DNA from: a bacterium
GTDB taxonomy: Bacteria > Pseudomonadota > Gammaproteobacteria > GCA-002705445 > GCA-002716945
NCBI GenBank assembly: GCA_029979505.1
Contig: JAPOHH010000001.1
Location: 55,034 to 119,033 of the forward strand
Reading direction: 5' to 3'
DNA length: 64,000 nt
Positions 1-9,565 of this stretch are shown here, piece by piece. Positions within the stretch are counted from its first letter, which is position 1. The number at the start of each line of letters is the position of its first letter. The notes under the pieces were generated by a model. That model saw only the letters and a program-made list of their open reading frames with translations, did no database searches and was not told the origin of the DNA. A program made the translations under genes and the position numbers.

Positions 1-1
1 T

Positions 2-340
2 AATACATATGTAGGTCAAAACGGCATTCTTTTATCTGGTGGTCAAAAACAGAGAATCGCACTAGCCAGAGCTATATTAAAAGATTCACCAATTTTATTA
101 CTCGATGAGGCTACCAGTGCACTGGATTCCGAATCTGAATCAATTATCCAAGAATCTATAAATACACTTTCTACAAATAAAACTACCTTAGTTATTGCTC
201 ATAGACTATCTACTGTAATTAGTGCAGATAAAATTATAGTTATTGATAATGGTGAGATTATAGAAACAGGTACTCATGAAGATTTATTAAATAGTAATGG
301 CGTGTATTCCTCTTTGTTTAACTCACAATTTAAAAAATAA
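2..340 (+). CDS. msbA: Lipid A export ABC transporter MsbA, C-terminal fragment (5' end outside window)
   Basis: Frame-2 translation contains the ABC signature ...[16 protein letters not shown]... and Walker [13 protein letters not shown]. Stop at 338-340 abuts the lpxK start, matching msbA-lpxK-kdsB synteny. Confidence 0.8.
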   Translation, partial: NTYVGQNGILLSGGQKQRIALARAILKDSPILLLDEATSALDSESESIIQESINTLSTNKTTLVIAHRLSTVISADKIIVIDNGEIIETGTHEDLLNSNGVYSSLFNSQFKK

Positions 341-1291
341 ATGTATAGACTTATATTCTATATTTGGCATAAGTTACCCAAGATATTTCTTATTCCGTTT
401 CTTCCATTGTCATTAGTATTTTTTGTAATTATAACTATAAGAAAATTTTTATTTACAAAAATACTCTCTAGATATACAGCCTCAAGCAAAATAATCATAA
501 TTGGTAATATAGTTGTTGGTGGTTCAGGTAAAACACCATTTACTATTTGGTTATCTAATTATTTGTCTAGTAGAAAAAAGAATATTGCAATTGTATCATC
601 CGGATATGGTTCAGCTTCTAAAGAAGCAACAATAATTACACCTCAATCTAAAGCTAATAGAGTTGGTGATGAAGCTATAGTTTTACAACAGAACACGTCC
701 GCTAATATAGTTACTAGTAATAATCGAATCAAATCAACTATGCACATAGATAATAAAGATTTTGATTATATTATACATGATGATGGGTTACAGCATTATA
801 AAATGAACAGGAACTATGAATTCATAATATCAAAAATTAATAAATATCATAATAATTTCTTATTACCTTGTGGACCTTTCAGAGAGCCAAAATTCTTTCA
901 TTCTGACAAAAAGTACATCTATAGTAATTGTTATGATAATGAATTACCTGGATTTTATGTAAAAATTTCAAGGATAAGAAATGGTCAAAATCAGGACACC
1001 TTTTTTCTAGATGATAAAAGATTTACTAATTGTTATTTATTGACTGCAATTGCAGACAGCAGAGATTTGATAAATGATTTGAAAAAGAACAATATTAAAA
1101 TTGAATCATTGATATATCCTGATCATTATCAATTCTCTATAGATGATATTCCATTGACCAATAAACCCATACTTGTTACAGAAAAAGACTTCGCTAAGTT
1201 AAAAGAATATAAATTTGAAAATATTTATATTATTGAACAATCTGTTCTTCCGAATGATAAACTAATTAAAATGGTTGAGGAATTGATATGA
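341..1291 (+). CDS. lpxK: Tetraacyldisaccharide 4'-kinase
   Basis: P-loop IIIGNIVVGGSGKTP is typical of LpxK; sits between msbA and kdsB. Confidence 0.85.
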   Translation: MYRLIFYIWHKLPKIFLIPFLPLSLVFFVIITIRKFLFTKILSRYTASSKIIIIGNIVVGGSGKTPFTIWLSNYLSSRKKNIAIVSSGYGSASKEATIITPQSKANRVGDEAIVLQQNTSANIVTSNNRIKSTMHIDNKDFDYIIHDDGLQHYKMNRNYEFIISKINKYHNNFLLPCGPFREPKFFHSDKKYIYSNCYDNELPGFYVKISRIRNGQNQDTFFLDDKRFTNCYLLTAIADSRDLINDLKKNNIKIESLIYPDHYQFSIDDIPLTNKPILVTEKDFAKLKEYKFENIYIIEQSVLPNDKLIKMVEELI

Positions 1292-2007
1292 CAACGTTCA
1301 TAATAATACCAGCAAGGCTGGAATCATCTAGATTATCAAAAAAACTTATTCAAAACATCGGCGATAAAGCACTAATAGAGCACATGATTGTTTGTGCAAA
1401 AAAAATAACTGATGCAACCATTATTGTATCTACTGATTCTAAAATAATTCAAAAGTATGCACTTAAACATAATGTTCATGTAATCTTGTCAACCAAAAAA
1501 TTTAAAAATGGAACTGAACGCTGCTTTTATACTGCAAAAAAATTACAAGCTTCTAAGAGAGATATCATAGTTAATCTTCAAGCAGATGAGTTCAATATTA
1601 ATCCAAATGATATCAAAAAGCTTATCAGAGTTCTTAAGCTTTCAAGTAATATTAATGTAGCAACTTTGATATATGAAACAAATGATAAGAGAGAGTATAC
1701 AGATAACAATTTTGTAAAAGTTGTGGTTGATAAGGAGCTAAGAGCAATCACTTTCACCAGGAGGCCTATTACTTCAATTGGAGATAAATATCTAATTCAT
1801 CTAGGAGTATATGGTTTTACATATGAATTTCTGGAGATGTACTCTAAGCTAAAAGAATGTCATTATGAAAAAGAAGAGAGCCTTGAACAATTAAGAATGA
1901 TTTGGAATAATATACCGATACATTGTGTTCAAATTAAAGATAATAAATCTATTGGAATTAATTCTGCTAAAGACTTAAAAAGGGCCAGAGAAATATATGA
2001 ATATTAA
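1288..2007 (+). CDS. kdsB: 3-deoxy-manno-octulosonate cytidylyltransferase (CMP-Kdo synthetase)
   Basis: N-terminus IIIPARLESSRLSKK is the cytidylyltransferase fold; 4-nt overlap with lpxK. Confidence 0.85.
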   Translation: MTTFIIIPARLESSRLSKKLIQNIGDKALIEHMIVCAKKITDATIIVSTDSKIIQKYALKHNVHVILSTKKFKNGTERCFYTAKKLQASKRDIIVNLQADEFNINPNDIKKLIRVLKLSSNINVATLIYETNDKREYTDNNFVKVVVDKELRAITFTRRPITSIGDKYLIHLGVYGFTYEFLEMYSKLKECHYEKEESLEQLRMIWNNIPIHCVQIKDNKSIGINSAKDLKRAREIYEY

Positions 2008-2962
2008 AAATATATGCATAACTGGAGCAGCAGGAAATATAGCGTACTCGTTAATTTTTAGAATTTTAGCTAAATTACCTTTCAGTAACACAGATAAAAT
2101 AAATTTAAAATTATTAGATATTACGCAGTCACAAAAATCATTAATAGGTCTTCGTTATGAAATTGAAGACTGTGCGTTCTCAACATTAAATTCTATAGAA
2201 GTAACGGATAATGTCGAAAATGCATTTCAAGAGTCAGATTATATTATTATGGTTGGAGCTAAGCCCAGATCTAAAGGCATGGAAAGATCTGATTTAATTC
2301 TTGATAACGCGAATATTTTCAAATCTCAGGCATCAATAATAGATGACGTATGTTCATCATCTACAAAAGTAATTGTTGTGGGTAATCCAGCAAATACAAA
2401 TGCATTGATACTTAATTATAATACCCCTTCTATACCAAATGAAAATATAACATCTTTAATGAAACTCGATCAAAATAGAGCAAAAAGCATTTTAGCTTCT
2501 AAAATCGGTAAACAAGTAGAAGATATAGAACAAATGATAATATGGGGTAATCACTCTACTACACAAGTTCCAGATTTATCAAACTGTAAAATAAATTCTG
2601 TACAAATAAATGTTGATGAATCATGGATACAAAATACATTTATACCAAAAGTACAAAAAAGAGGTGGTGAAATTATTGAGTACAGAGGTTTATCAAGTGC
2701 AGCTTCAGCTGCATCTGCGATTTATGATCACATTCATGTCCTTGATTATGGTTCTGGCTCATGGGAATCTCTCGGAGTAATGACTGGTGGTGAATATGAA
2801 ATTTCATCCGGACTAATGTTTTCACTTCCATTGAATGTAACAAATAAAGGTTATAATGTTATTAAAGACTTAAATATCAATCCAGATATAGATTCGTTAA
2901 TTAAACTTTCTGAGCAAGAACTTCTCAAAGAGAGGGATATTGTTAAGTCTTTCCTTCCATAG
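1997..2962 (+). CDS. mdh: Malate dehydrogenase (LDH-like family)
   Basis: NAD-binding motif ITGAAGNIAYSLIFRI and an MDH-like catalytic region. Confidence 0.85.
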   Translation: MNIKNICITGAAGNIAYSLIFRILAKLPFSNTDKINLKLLDITQSQKSLIGLRYEIEDCAFSTLNSIEVTDNVENAFQESDYIIMVGAKPRSKGMERSDLILDNANIFKSQASIIDDVCSSSTKVIVVGNPANTNALILNYNTPSIPNENITSLMKLDQNRAKSILASKIGKQVEDIEQMIIWGNHSTTQVPDLSNCKINSVQINVDESWIQNTFIPKVQKRGGEIIEYRGLSSAASAASAIYDHIHVLDYGSGSWESLGVMTGGEYEISSGLMFSLPLNVTNKGYNVIKDLNINPDIDSLIKLSEQELLKERDIVKSFLP

Positions 2963-3845
2963 TAACAACCTCAATTTTATCTGATCCTAGATATAATTCA
3001 TTAAAATCACAACTATCTCTTAATATACAATGTGTTAATGTCTTATTATTATACTTATAAGTTTTACCAATTAATTCACCAACACTTTCACCATCATTGT
3101 TGATAATATTTTTTTCTATAATTTCTGAGCTATAAATGTTTACTAAATACATATGCTTTTTTACATTACCAAGATAATGCGTTCGAGCAATGACCTCTTG
3201 CCCTGTATAGCATCCTTTCTTATAGTTAATTGTTTCCAGCTTGTCAGCATTTAAAACTTGAGGGATATATTTCTCTGTATCTTCAGAATTTAATCTTGCA
3301 ATATTACCTAAAAGATCTATTAAAGATGTTTCAGTACTAATAACATTCAAAGGTAAGTCATTAGAATCTAAATATATACATCTACACATAGATATCTCTG
3401 GAAGTGACATATTTATATATATTTTACCACCTTCTACTTGTTTATAATTTTGTTTATTTTCTATACCTTGTTCATTTATTACTTCTTCTGCATCATTACC
3501 AACCATAGATAAAATAGCTATATTTTGATTAACTTCAAAGTTTACTTGAGACATTAAAATATATTTTGATATTTTTTCTATAAATATATCTACTAAATCT
3601 GTTTGTAATAGTATAAATATATCCGAGTTATATTGTATTAATTGAAGATTAGTAATTACTTTTCCTTGGTGAGTACAATAAGATGCTAATAAATATTTTT
3701 CATTTCCTAAACTTTCTATATCATTTGTTAATTGACCTTGGAGAAATTTATTTTTATCTTTACCACTCACTCTTATTGCAGAAAGACCTGTATCATGAAA
3801 TAAAATTTTTTCGTTTTCTAGTATTTCTGATATTAATTTATTCAT
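2943..3845 (-). CDS. ygfZ: Folate-binding Fe-S cluster repair/tRNA-modifying protein YgfZ (GcvT-like)
   Basis: Conserved C-terminal motif KKGCYTGQEVIARTHYLG. In E. coli ygfZ lies next to ygfY(sdhE), which fits the SDH context here. Confidence 0.7.
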   Translation of the reverse strand: MNKLISEILENEKILFHDTGLSAIRVSGKDKNKFLQGQLTNDIESLGNEKYLLASYCTHQGKVITNLQLIQYNSDIFILLQTDLVDIFIEKISKYILMSQVNFEVNQNIAILSMVGNDAEEVINEQGIENKQNYKQVEGGKIYINMSLPEISMCRCIYLDSNDLPLNVISTETSLIDLLGNIARLNSEDTEKYIPQVLNADKLETINYKKGCYTGQEVIARTHYLGNVKKHMYLVNIYSSEIIEKNIINNDGESVGELIGKTYKYNNKTLTHCILRDSCDFNELYLGSDKIEVVTMEGKT

Positions 3846-3979
3846 ATATCTAATTGATAATTATGATTATATGCAACTTATATTGACATAAAGACTCTAA
3901 CATAAGTATATCCTAATAAATAACTATTTATTTTAAAAATATTTTCATATAATAGGCATCAAAGTGAATAGGGATAATC

Positions 3980-4120
3980 ATGAATAATAAGACTAAAAAA
4001 AGTAAGTTAATAATCCCAGTTGATAAAAATAAAAAACCTAAAGAAATAGGTGGAAGAAAAGGCCCTGAACCTACCCGTTATGGCGATTGGGAAAAAAATG
4101 GACGTTGTATAGATTTTTAA
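3980..4120 (+). CDS. DUF1674 / SDHAF4-like small protein (46 aa), not in supplied ORF track
   Basis: Translation [46 protein letters not shown]. Its C-terminus matches the DUF1674/SDHAF4 signature [11 protein letters not shown](R/K)xGRxxDF. An AGGGA-type SD lies upstream, and the ORF sits immediately 5' of sdhC. Confidence 0.55.
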   Translation: MNNKTKKSKLIIPVDKNKKPKEIGGRKGPEPTRYGDWEKNGRCIDF

Positions 4121-4122
4121 TT

Positions 4123-4506
4123 ATGAACACATCTAATAGGCCATTATCACCACACCTGCAAATATATAAGCCGCAGCTAACATCCGTCTTATCCATCTCA
4201 CATCGTATGACCGGTTTTGGTCTTAGTATTATTGTTCTATTTTCACCTGTAATAATCTACTTTTTAACAAAATCAGCTGAAACTCATCAAGTTGTTATAT
4301 CCTTTCTACAAAATACACTAATAAAGTTTATTTTTTCTTTAGCATTATTTGGGCTTTTATATCATTTATGTAACGGCATAAGACATCTCGCTTGGGATGC
4401 AGGATATGGGCTTGATTTAGATACGAGCTATAAATCTGGATATATTGTGCTGGCATCATCATTCTCTCTTACATTGCTTATTCTCTTCATCGCGGGGGCA
4501 TTCTAA
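4123..4506 (+). CDS. sdhC: Succinate dehydrogenase cytochrome b556 subunit
   Basis: MNTSNRPLSPHLQIYKPQ is the SdhC N-terminal motif. The track ORF starts at 4087 in the same frame, but that start would overlap the upstream micro-ORF, so the ATG at 4123 is preferred. Confidence 0.8.
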   Translation: MNTSNRPLSPHLQIYKPQLTSVLSISHRMTGFGLSIIVLFSPVIIYFLTKSAETHQVVISFLQNTLIKFIFSLALFGLLYHLCNGIRHLAWDAGYGLDLDTSYKSGYIVLASSFSLTLLILFIAGAF

Positions 4507-4817
4507 TGGAACACTGGAAACTTCAGCGCATCAGTGCAATTATAATGATTCCTATAGTTGTGCTCTCACTGATATATATAATCAATATTACATCTATTTC
4601 TTATCTTCAGCTTATTGAAGACTTAGGGTCTATATCTGGATTTCTTATAGCTGTATTGTTTGTAGGTTTTATACTGTTTCATAGCTCAATGGGTCTTGAA
4701 GTAATAATAGAGGATTATATTCATTCTGATAATCTTCAAAAAAATGTAATTTCATTGACTAAACTATTGCATATTACCTCATTCTTCTTAACAATATTAA
4801 CTTTAGCGAGTATATAA
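4506..4817 (+). CDS. sdhD: Succinate dehydrogenase hydrophobic membrane anchor subunit
   Basis: Small 3-TM protein sitting between sdhC and sdhA. Confidence 0.75.
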   Translation: MEHWKLQRISAIIMIPIVVLSLIYIINITSISYLQLIEDLGSISGFLIAVLFVGFILFHSSMGLEVIIEDYIHSDNLQKNVISLTKLLHITSFFLTILTLASI

Positions 4818-4821
4818 AAAA

Positions 4822-6588
4822 ATGGATTTAGTAAAACATGAACATGACGTTCTAGTAGTCGGCGCAGGAGGATCTGGATTAAGAGCTTCTATGGGATTAT
4901 CACAATCTGATTTATCAGTCGCATGTATTTCAAAAGTATTTCCTACAAGAAGCCATACGGTGGCTGCACAAGGTGGCATTAGTGGAGCATTAGGTAATAT
5001 GGGTGAAGATGATTGGAGATGGCATATGTATGACACTGTTAAAGGCTCTGATTGGTTAGGAGATCAAGATTCTATCGAATATATGTGTAAAAATGCTGTT
5101 GAATCAATAATTGAACTAGAGCACTATGGGGTTCCATTTTCACGTACAGAAGAAGGCAAAATATATCAAAGACCTTTTGGAGGTATGACAACCGAATATG
5201 GTAAAGGAATAGCTCAAAGAACTTGTGCTGCTGCAGATAGAACAGGTCATGCGATACTTCATACGTTGTACACACAGTCGCTTAAAAATGATGTAGATTT
5301 TTATATTGAATATTTTGTCATCGATCTTCTTTTTGAAGACGGTAAATGCGTTGGTGTACTAGCTTGGTGTCTAGAAGACGGAAAAATACACTTATTTCAA
5401 TCTCACATGGTCATATTAGCCACTGGTGGTTATGGAAGAGCATATTTATCATCTACCTCAGCACACACATGTACAGGTGATGGAAATGCAATGGTATTAA
5501 GAGCAAATTTACCTCTTCAAGATATGGAGTTTATACAATTTCATCCAACAGGAATATATGGTGCAGGCTGCCTAATAACCGAGGGTGCTAGAGGAGAGGG
5601 AGGATATCTTACAAACTCTGAGGGTGAGCGCTTTATGCCGAAATATGCACCTAATGCTAAAGATTTGGCATCAAGAGACGTCGTAAGTAGAGCAATACAA
5701 ATGGAAGTAAATGCTGGTAGAGGAGTAGGTTTAGAGAAAGACCATGCTCACCTTCATTTGGAACACCTTGGGCCTGAGACAATTAATGAAAGATTACCGG
5801 GTATTGCTGAAACCGCACAAATATTTGCTGGAGTAGATGTAAATAAAGAACCAATTCCTATTATACCAACTGTTCACTATAATATGGGAGGCACCCCAAC
5901 TAATTATAATACTGAAGTATTATCATCAGACAATACTGTGATACCAGGGTTAATGGCGGTTGGTGAGGGAGCATGTGTCTCTGTCCATGGCGCAAACAGA
6001 CTAGGCTCTAACTCTTTATTAGATCTGATTGTTTTTGGAAGATCTGCAGCAGATAGGGCTATTGAGGTTTTAAAAGATAAACCTGAATCTCATCCTAATA
6101 TTTCAAGATCATCAATAGATAAAATCCTCTCAAGATTTGATGCTATCAAAAATGCAAACGGAGACATAAATCCATATGAAATTAGAGACAAAATGCAAAG
6201 GGCTATGCAAAAATATGCACCTGTATACAGAGATCAACAAACAATGGATAAAGGCATTGAAATCATGAAAGGATTATTTGATGATTTTTCTAACATTAAA
6301 CTTACTGATTCATCGATGATTTGGAATACAGATCTCGCAGAAACATTAGAATTAAACAATCTATTATATCAATCACTAGCAACTCTATATTCTGCTTCTG
6401 CGAGAACTGAAAGTAGAGGAAGCCATGCTAGAGATGATTATCCTGAAAGAGACGATGATAATTGGCTAAAACATTCACTTGTGTCTGTAAATGACAAAGG
6501 GGAAGCTAGTTATGATTATAAAGATGTCGAACTAAAAACGCTCACAGATGAAATGGAAACCGTCGAACTTAAAGCGAGGACATACTAA
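4822..6588 (+). CDS. sdhA: Succinate dehydrogenase flavoprotein subunit
   Basis: FAD motifs [14 protein letters not shown] and [10 protein letters not shown] plus the flavoprotein active-site region. Confidence 0.95.
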   Translation: MDLVKHEHDVLVVGAGGSGLRASMGLSQSDLSVACISKVFPTRSHTVAAQGGISGALGNMGEDDWRWHMYDTVKGSDWLGDQDSIEYMCKNAVESIIELEHYGVPFSRTEEGKIYQRPFGGMTTEYGKGIAQRTCAAADRTGHAILHTLYTQSLKNDVDFYIEYFVIDLLFEDGKCVGVLAWCLEDGKIHLFQSHMVILATGGYGRAYLSSTSAHTCTGDGNAMVLRANLPLQDMEFIQFHPTGIYGAGCLITEGARGEGGYLTNSEGERFMPKYAPNAKDLASRDVVSRAIQMEVNAGRGVGLEKDHAHLHLEHLGPETINERLPGIAETAQIFAGVDVNKEPIPIIPTVHYNMGGTPTNYNTEVLSSDNTVIPGLMAVGEGACVSVHGANRLGSNSLLDLIVFGRSAADRAIEVLKDKPESHPNISRSSIDKILSRFDAIKNANGDINPYEIRDKMQRAMQKYAPVYRDQQTMDKGIEIMKGLFDDFSNIKLTDSSMIWNTDLAETLELNNLLYQSLATLYSASARTESRGSHARDDYPERDDDNWLKHSLVSVNDKGEASYDYKDVELKTLTDEMETVELKARTY

Positions 6589-7355
6589 TGGCTAAATTTA
6601 CTCTACCGATAAACTCTATTGTAAAAAAAGGTAAAACATTTTCAGACATTAATAAGTCAGAAAACATGCTAACTGTAGAAATATATAGATATAATCCAGA
6701 TAATAAAAGTAACCCTTACACAGATACATATCTATTAAATAAAGATAATTTTGGTCCTATGGCACTTGATGTTTTAATTTATATTAAAAGTAAAATTGAT
6801 TCTTCATTGACATTTAGAAGATCGTGCAGAGAAGGTATTTGTGGTTCTTGTTCAATGAATATAAATGGAACCAATAACCTTGCATGTATCACTGATATTT
6901 CCAATGAAAAAAAACTGAAGTTTTACCCTTTACCACATATGCCTGTGATAAAAGACTTAGTTCCAGATTTAAATAATTTCTATGCTCAGTATAAATCTAT
7001 CAAACCATGGCTAATTACTGATAAAAAACCTGAGCGTGAACATATTCAATCTCAAGAAGATCGAAGCAAACTTGACGGTCTATTTGAGTGCGTACTTTGC
7101 GCATGTTGTTCTACAAGCTGTCCAAGTTATTGGTGGAACTCTGATAAATATCTCGGTCCAGCTACACTCATGCACGCTTATAAATGGATTATAGATAGTA
7201 GAGATACTGCAAAAGAAGAGAGATTATCTAATTTAGCAGATAAATTTAAACTTTATAGATGTCACACAATTATGAATTGTACTAAGACGTGTCCTAAAAA
7301 TCTTAACCCAGCAAGAGCTATATCAGAAATAAAAAAAATGCTTGTAAAAGCCTAG
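6588..7355 (+). CDS. sdhB: Succinate dehydrogenase iron-sulfur subunit
   Basis: Three Fe-S cysteine clusters: [23 protein letters not shown] and [12 protein letters not shown]. Confidence 0.95.
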   Translation: MAKFTLPINSIVKKGKTFSDINKSENMLTVEIYRYNPDNKSNPYTDTYLLNKDNFGPMALDVLIYIKSKIDSSLTFRRSCREGICGSCSMNINGTNNLACITDISNEKKLKFYPLPHMPVIKDLVPDLNNFYAQYKSIKPWLITDKKPEREHIQSQEDRSKLDGLFECVLCACCSTSCPSYWWNSDKYLGPATLMHAYKWIIDSRDTAKEERLSNLADKFKLYRCHTIMNCTKTCPKNLNPARAISEIKKMLVKA

Positions 7356-7356
7356 T

Positions 7357-7608
7357 ATGACTCTAAAAAAACTTCGTTGGAAATCAAGAAAAGGTATTAG
7401 AGAACTTGATATTCTCTTACAGAAATTCTTGCAATCAGAGTATGAAAACCTTGACCCTAATCAAAGAGATATATTTGAAGAAGTTCTTGATTTAGAAACT
7501 TACGATCTGCTAAATGCTATTACAGGAAAATCAAGTTACAATATAAAATATGAGACAATCATTAAAAAGTTATCCCAATTATCAGTGCTAACTAATGATA
7601 AAGCATAA
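7357..7608 (+). CDS. sdhE: FAD assembly factor SdhE (YgfY/SDHAF2 family)
   Basis: 83 aa with RWKSRKGIRELDILL...EEVLDLETYDLL, matching the SdhE RGxxE motif region; directly downstream of sdhB. Confidence 0.75.
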   Translation: MTLKKLRWKSRKGIRELDILLQKFLQSEYENLDPNQRDIFEEVLDLETYDLLNAITGKSSYNIKYETIIKKLSQLSVLTNDKA

Positions 7609-8335
7609 TAAAAGATTAGGAGTTAATATTGATCATATAGCAACTCTGAGAACTAATAGAAAAACAGATTATCCTTCACTTGTTCAGGCTGTCCATATAG
7701 CAGAAGAAAACGGTGCTGACTTAATAACAATTCATTTAAGAGAGGATAGAAGACATATTCAAGATCAGGATGTTATAGATATACGTGCACATGCTAGTGT
7801 TTTAAATCTTGAAATGGCATTAACTGATGAAATGATTAATATTTGCAATAATATTAAACCAGATTACTGTTGTATTGTTCCTGAAAAAAGAAAGGAGTTA
7901 ACCACTGAAGGAGGACTTGATTTATTAAATATGTCCAATAACCAATTTAATTTTTTAGTAGATTCCATCGACCGAATACATCAAAACGGTATTATAGTTT
8001 CTTTATTCATTGACCCCGAAATTAATCAAATAAAAAAATGTATTGAATCAGGAGCTAAATGTATTGAATTACATACAGGTTCTTATGCTAATGCTAAGAA
8101 TAGCATTGAGAAGAATGTTGAATTGCAGAGAATTAAAGATGCTGCTAATTTTGCAGCTAGTTGTAATCTGCAAGTACATGCTGGCCATGGTTTAAACCTA
8201 TCTAATTTGGCAGATATATGTAAAATATCTCCAATAGAAGAGCTTAATATTGGGCATGCTATAATTGCCGATTCAATTTTTAAGGGTTTTGAAAAAACTA
8301 TCAAAGATTACAGGAGTGCTATAAACAATGATTAA
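7595..8335 (+). CDS. pdxJ: Pyridoxine 5'-phosphate synthase
   Basis: LGVNIDHIATLRTNRK and TIHLREDRRHIQD motifs. Confidence 0.9.
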   Translation: MIKHNKRLGVNIDHIATLRTNRKTDYPSLVQAVHIAEENGADLITIHLREDRRHIQDQDVIDIRAHASVLNLEMALTDEMINICNNIKPDYCCIVPEKRKELTTEGGLDLLNMSNNQFNFLVDSIDRIHQNGIIVSLFIDPEINQIKKCIESGAKCIELHTGSYANAKNSIEKNVELQRIKDAANFAASCNLQVHAGHGLNLSNLADICKISPIEELNIGHAIIADSIFKGFEKTIKDYRSAINND

Positions 8336-8705
8336 GGGTATTGGTATAGATCTTATTGATAATCTAAGATTTAAAAATCTTATAAAAAAGTATGGAGACA
8401 AAATTGCATTAAAAATATTGTCATCTAATGAGTTTTATGAATATAAAGAATGTAAATATAAAAGCTCCTATTTATCAAAAAAATTTGCAGCAAAAGAAGC
8501 ACTGTCAAAAGCGTTAGGTTATGGTCTGTATAGAAATGGAGTTTTTCCAAAATCTATTAGTATTAAGCACACAAAATACGGTAAACCGTTTTTTGAATTT
8601 TCAGATTCGTTATTAGTTTTAGTAAAGAAAAATTGTAAAAACATTGAGCTATCAATTAGTGATACAGGTTCACAGTCAATTGCATTTGTTGTAATAGAGT
8701 CATGA
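8328..8705 (+). CDS. acpS: Holo-[acyl-carrier-protein] synthase
   Basis: MIKGIGIDLIDNLRF start; pdxJ-acpS synteny. Confidence 0.85.
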   Translation: MIKGIGIDLIDNLRFKNLIKKYGDKIALKILSSNEFYEYKECKYKSSYLSKKFAAKEALSKALGYGLYRNGVFPKSISIKHTKYGKPFFEFSDSLLVLVKKNCKNIELSISDTGSQSIAFVVIES

Positions 8706-9565
8706 GTGATATTGAAAACTATATAGGTAATACACCGTTAATTCTTATTGACGAGATTGGATCTAATAAGATTTATGGAAAGCTAGAGGGTAATAATCCT
8801 GCAGGTTCTATCAAAGATCGACCAGCTATTCGGATGATAAAAGATGCTGAACAAGCAGGTTATATAAAAAAAGGAGATACGCTTATTGAGGCTACAAGTG
8901 GGAATACGGGTATTGCTCTAGCAATGGCAGCATCTATACGTGGTTTTAAAATAAAACTTATTATGCCCGAAACTGCATCAGTCGAAAGAGTTAAAACGAT
9001 GAGAGCATATGGTGCTGAAGTTATACTTGTCTCTAAAGAGGAGGATATGGAAGGTGCGAGAGATCTTGCTAAAACTATGTCACAAGATAAAAAAGGTTAT
9101 GTGCTAGATCAATTTTCTAATAAATCAAATTATCTTGCTCATTTTGATACTACAGGTCCTGAGATTTGGGATCAAACACAGAATACTGTAACACATTTCA
9201 TTTCCGCTATGGGAACCACTGGTACTATAACTGGGGTATCTAGGTTTCTGAAAAAACAAAACCCAAATATTCAAATAATTGGTGTACAACCAAAAGAAGG
9301 GTCAAAAATACCAGGCATAAGAAGATGGAAGCCTGAATATACACCAACGATTTTTGAAAATGCAATTGTTGATAAAATAATCGATATTGACCAAGATGAT
9401 GCTGAAAAATCGATGATGTCACTATCTTCAAAAGAGGGTATATTTGTAGGTATGTCATCAGGGGCAAATGTATTTATTGCCAGAAAAATTGCTAAAGAGC
9501 TTAAAGAATCTACAATTGTTACAATACTTTGCGATAGAGGAGATAGATATCTATCAAAGATTTAA
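8702..9565 (+). CDS. Cysteine synthase (O-acetylserine sulfhydrylase, CysM/CysK family)
   Basis: PLP lysine motif NPAGSIKDRPA and Gly-rich loop SGNTGIALA. Confidence 0.85.
   Translation: MSDIENYIGNTPLILIDEIGSNKIYGKLEGNNPAGSIKDRPAIRMIKDAEQAGYIKKGDTLIEATSGNTGIALAMAASIRGFKIKLIMPETASVERVKTMRAYGAEVILVSKEEDMEGARDLAKTMSQDKKGYVLDQFSNKSNYLAHFDTTGPEIWDQTQNTVTHFISAMGTTGTITGVSRFLKKQNPNIQIIGVQPKEGSKIPGIRRWKPEYTPTIFENAIVDKIIDIDQDDAEKSMMSLSSKEGIFVGMSSGANVFIARKIAKELKESTIVTILCDRGDRYLSKI

Noticed and set aside
4803-5275. Minus-strand ORFs in the track lying inside sdhA, and similar antisense ORFs at 8083-8304, 9240-9467, 10340-10567, 14840-15124, 18695-18883, 19711-19971, 21975-22181, 24177-24407, 25895-26122, 26946-27236, 27718-28623, 29168-29395, 30804-32156, 32969-33606, 34358-35073, 36127-36783, 38981-39566, 39917-40120, 43052-43601, 45301-45525, 48557-48742, 49735-49917, 54573-54755, 57702-57911, 61241-61429 and 63414-63680
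   Set aside because: All are fully embedded antisense (or out-of-frame) within strongly supported conserved genes, have low-complexity composition, and show no motifs. Treated as spurious.
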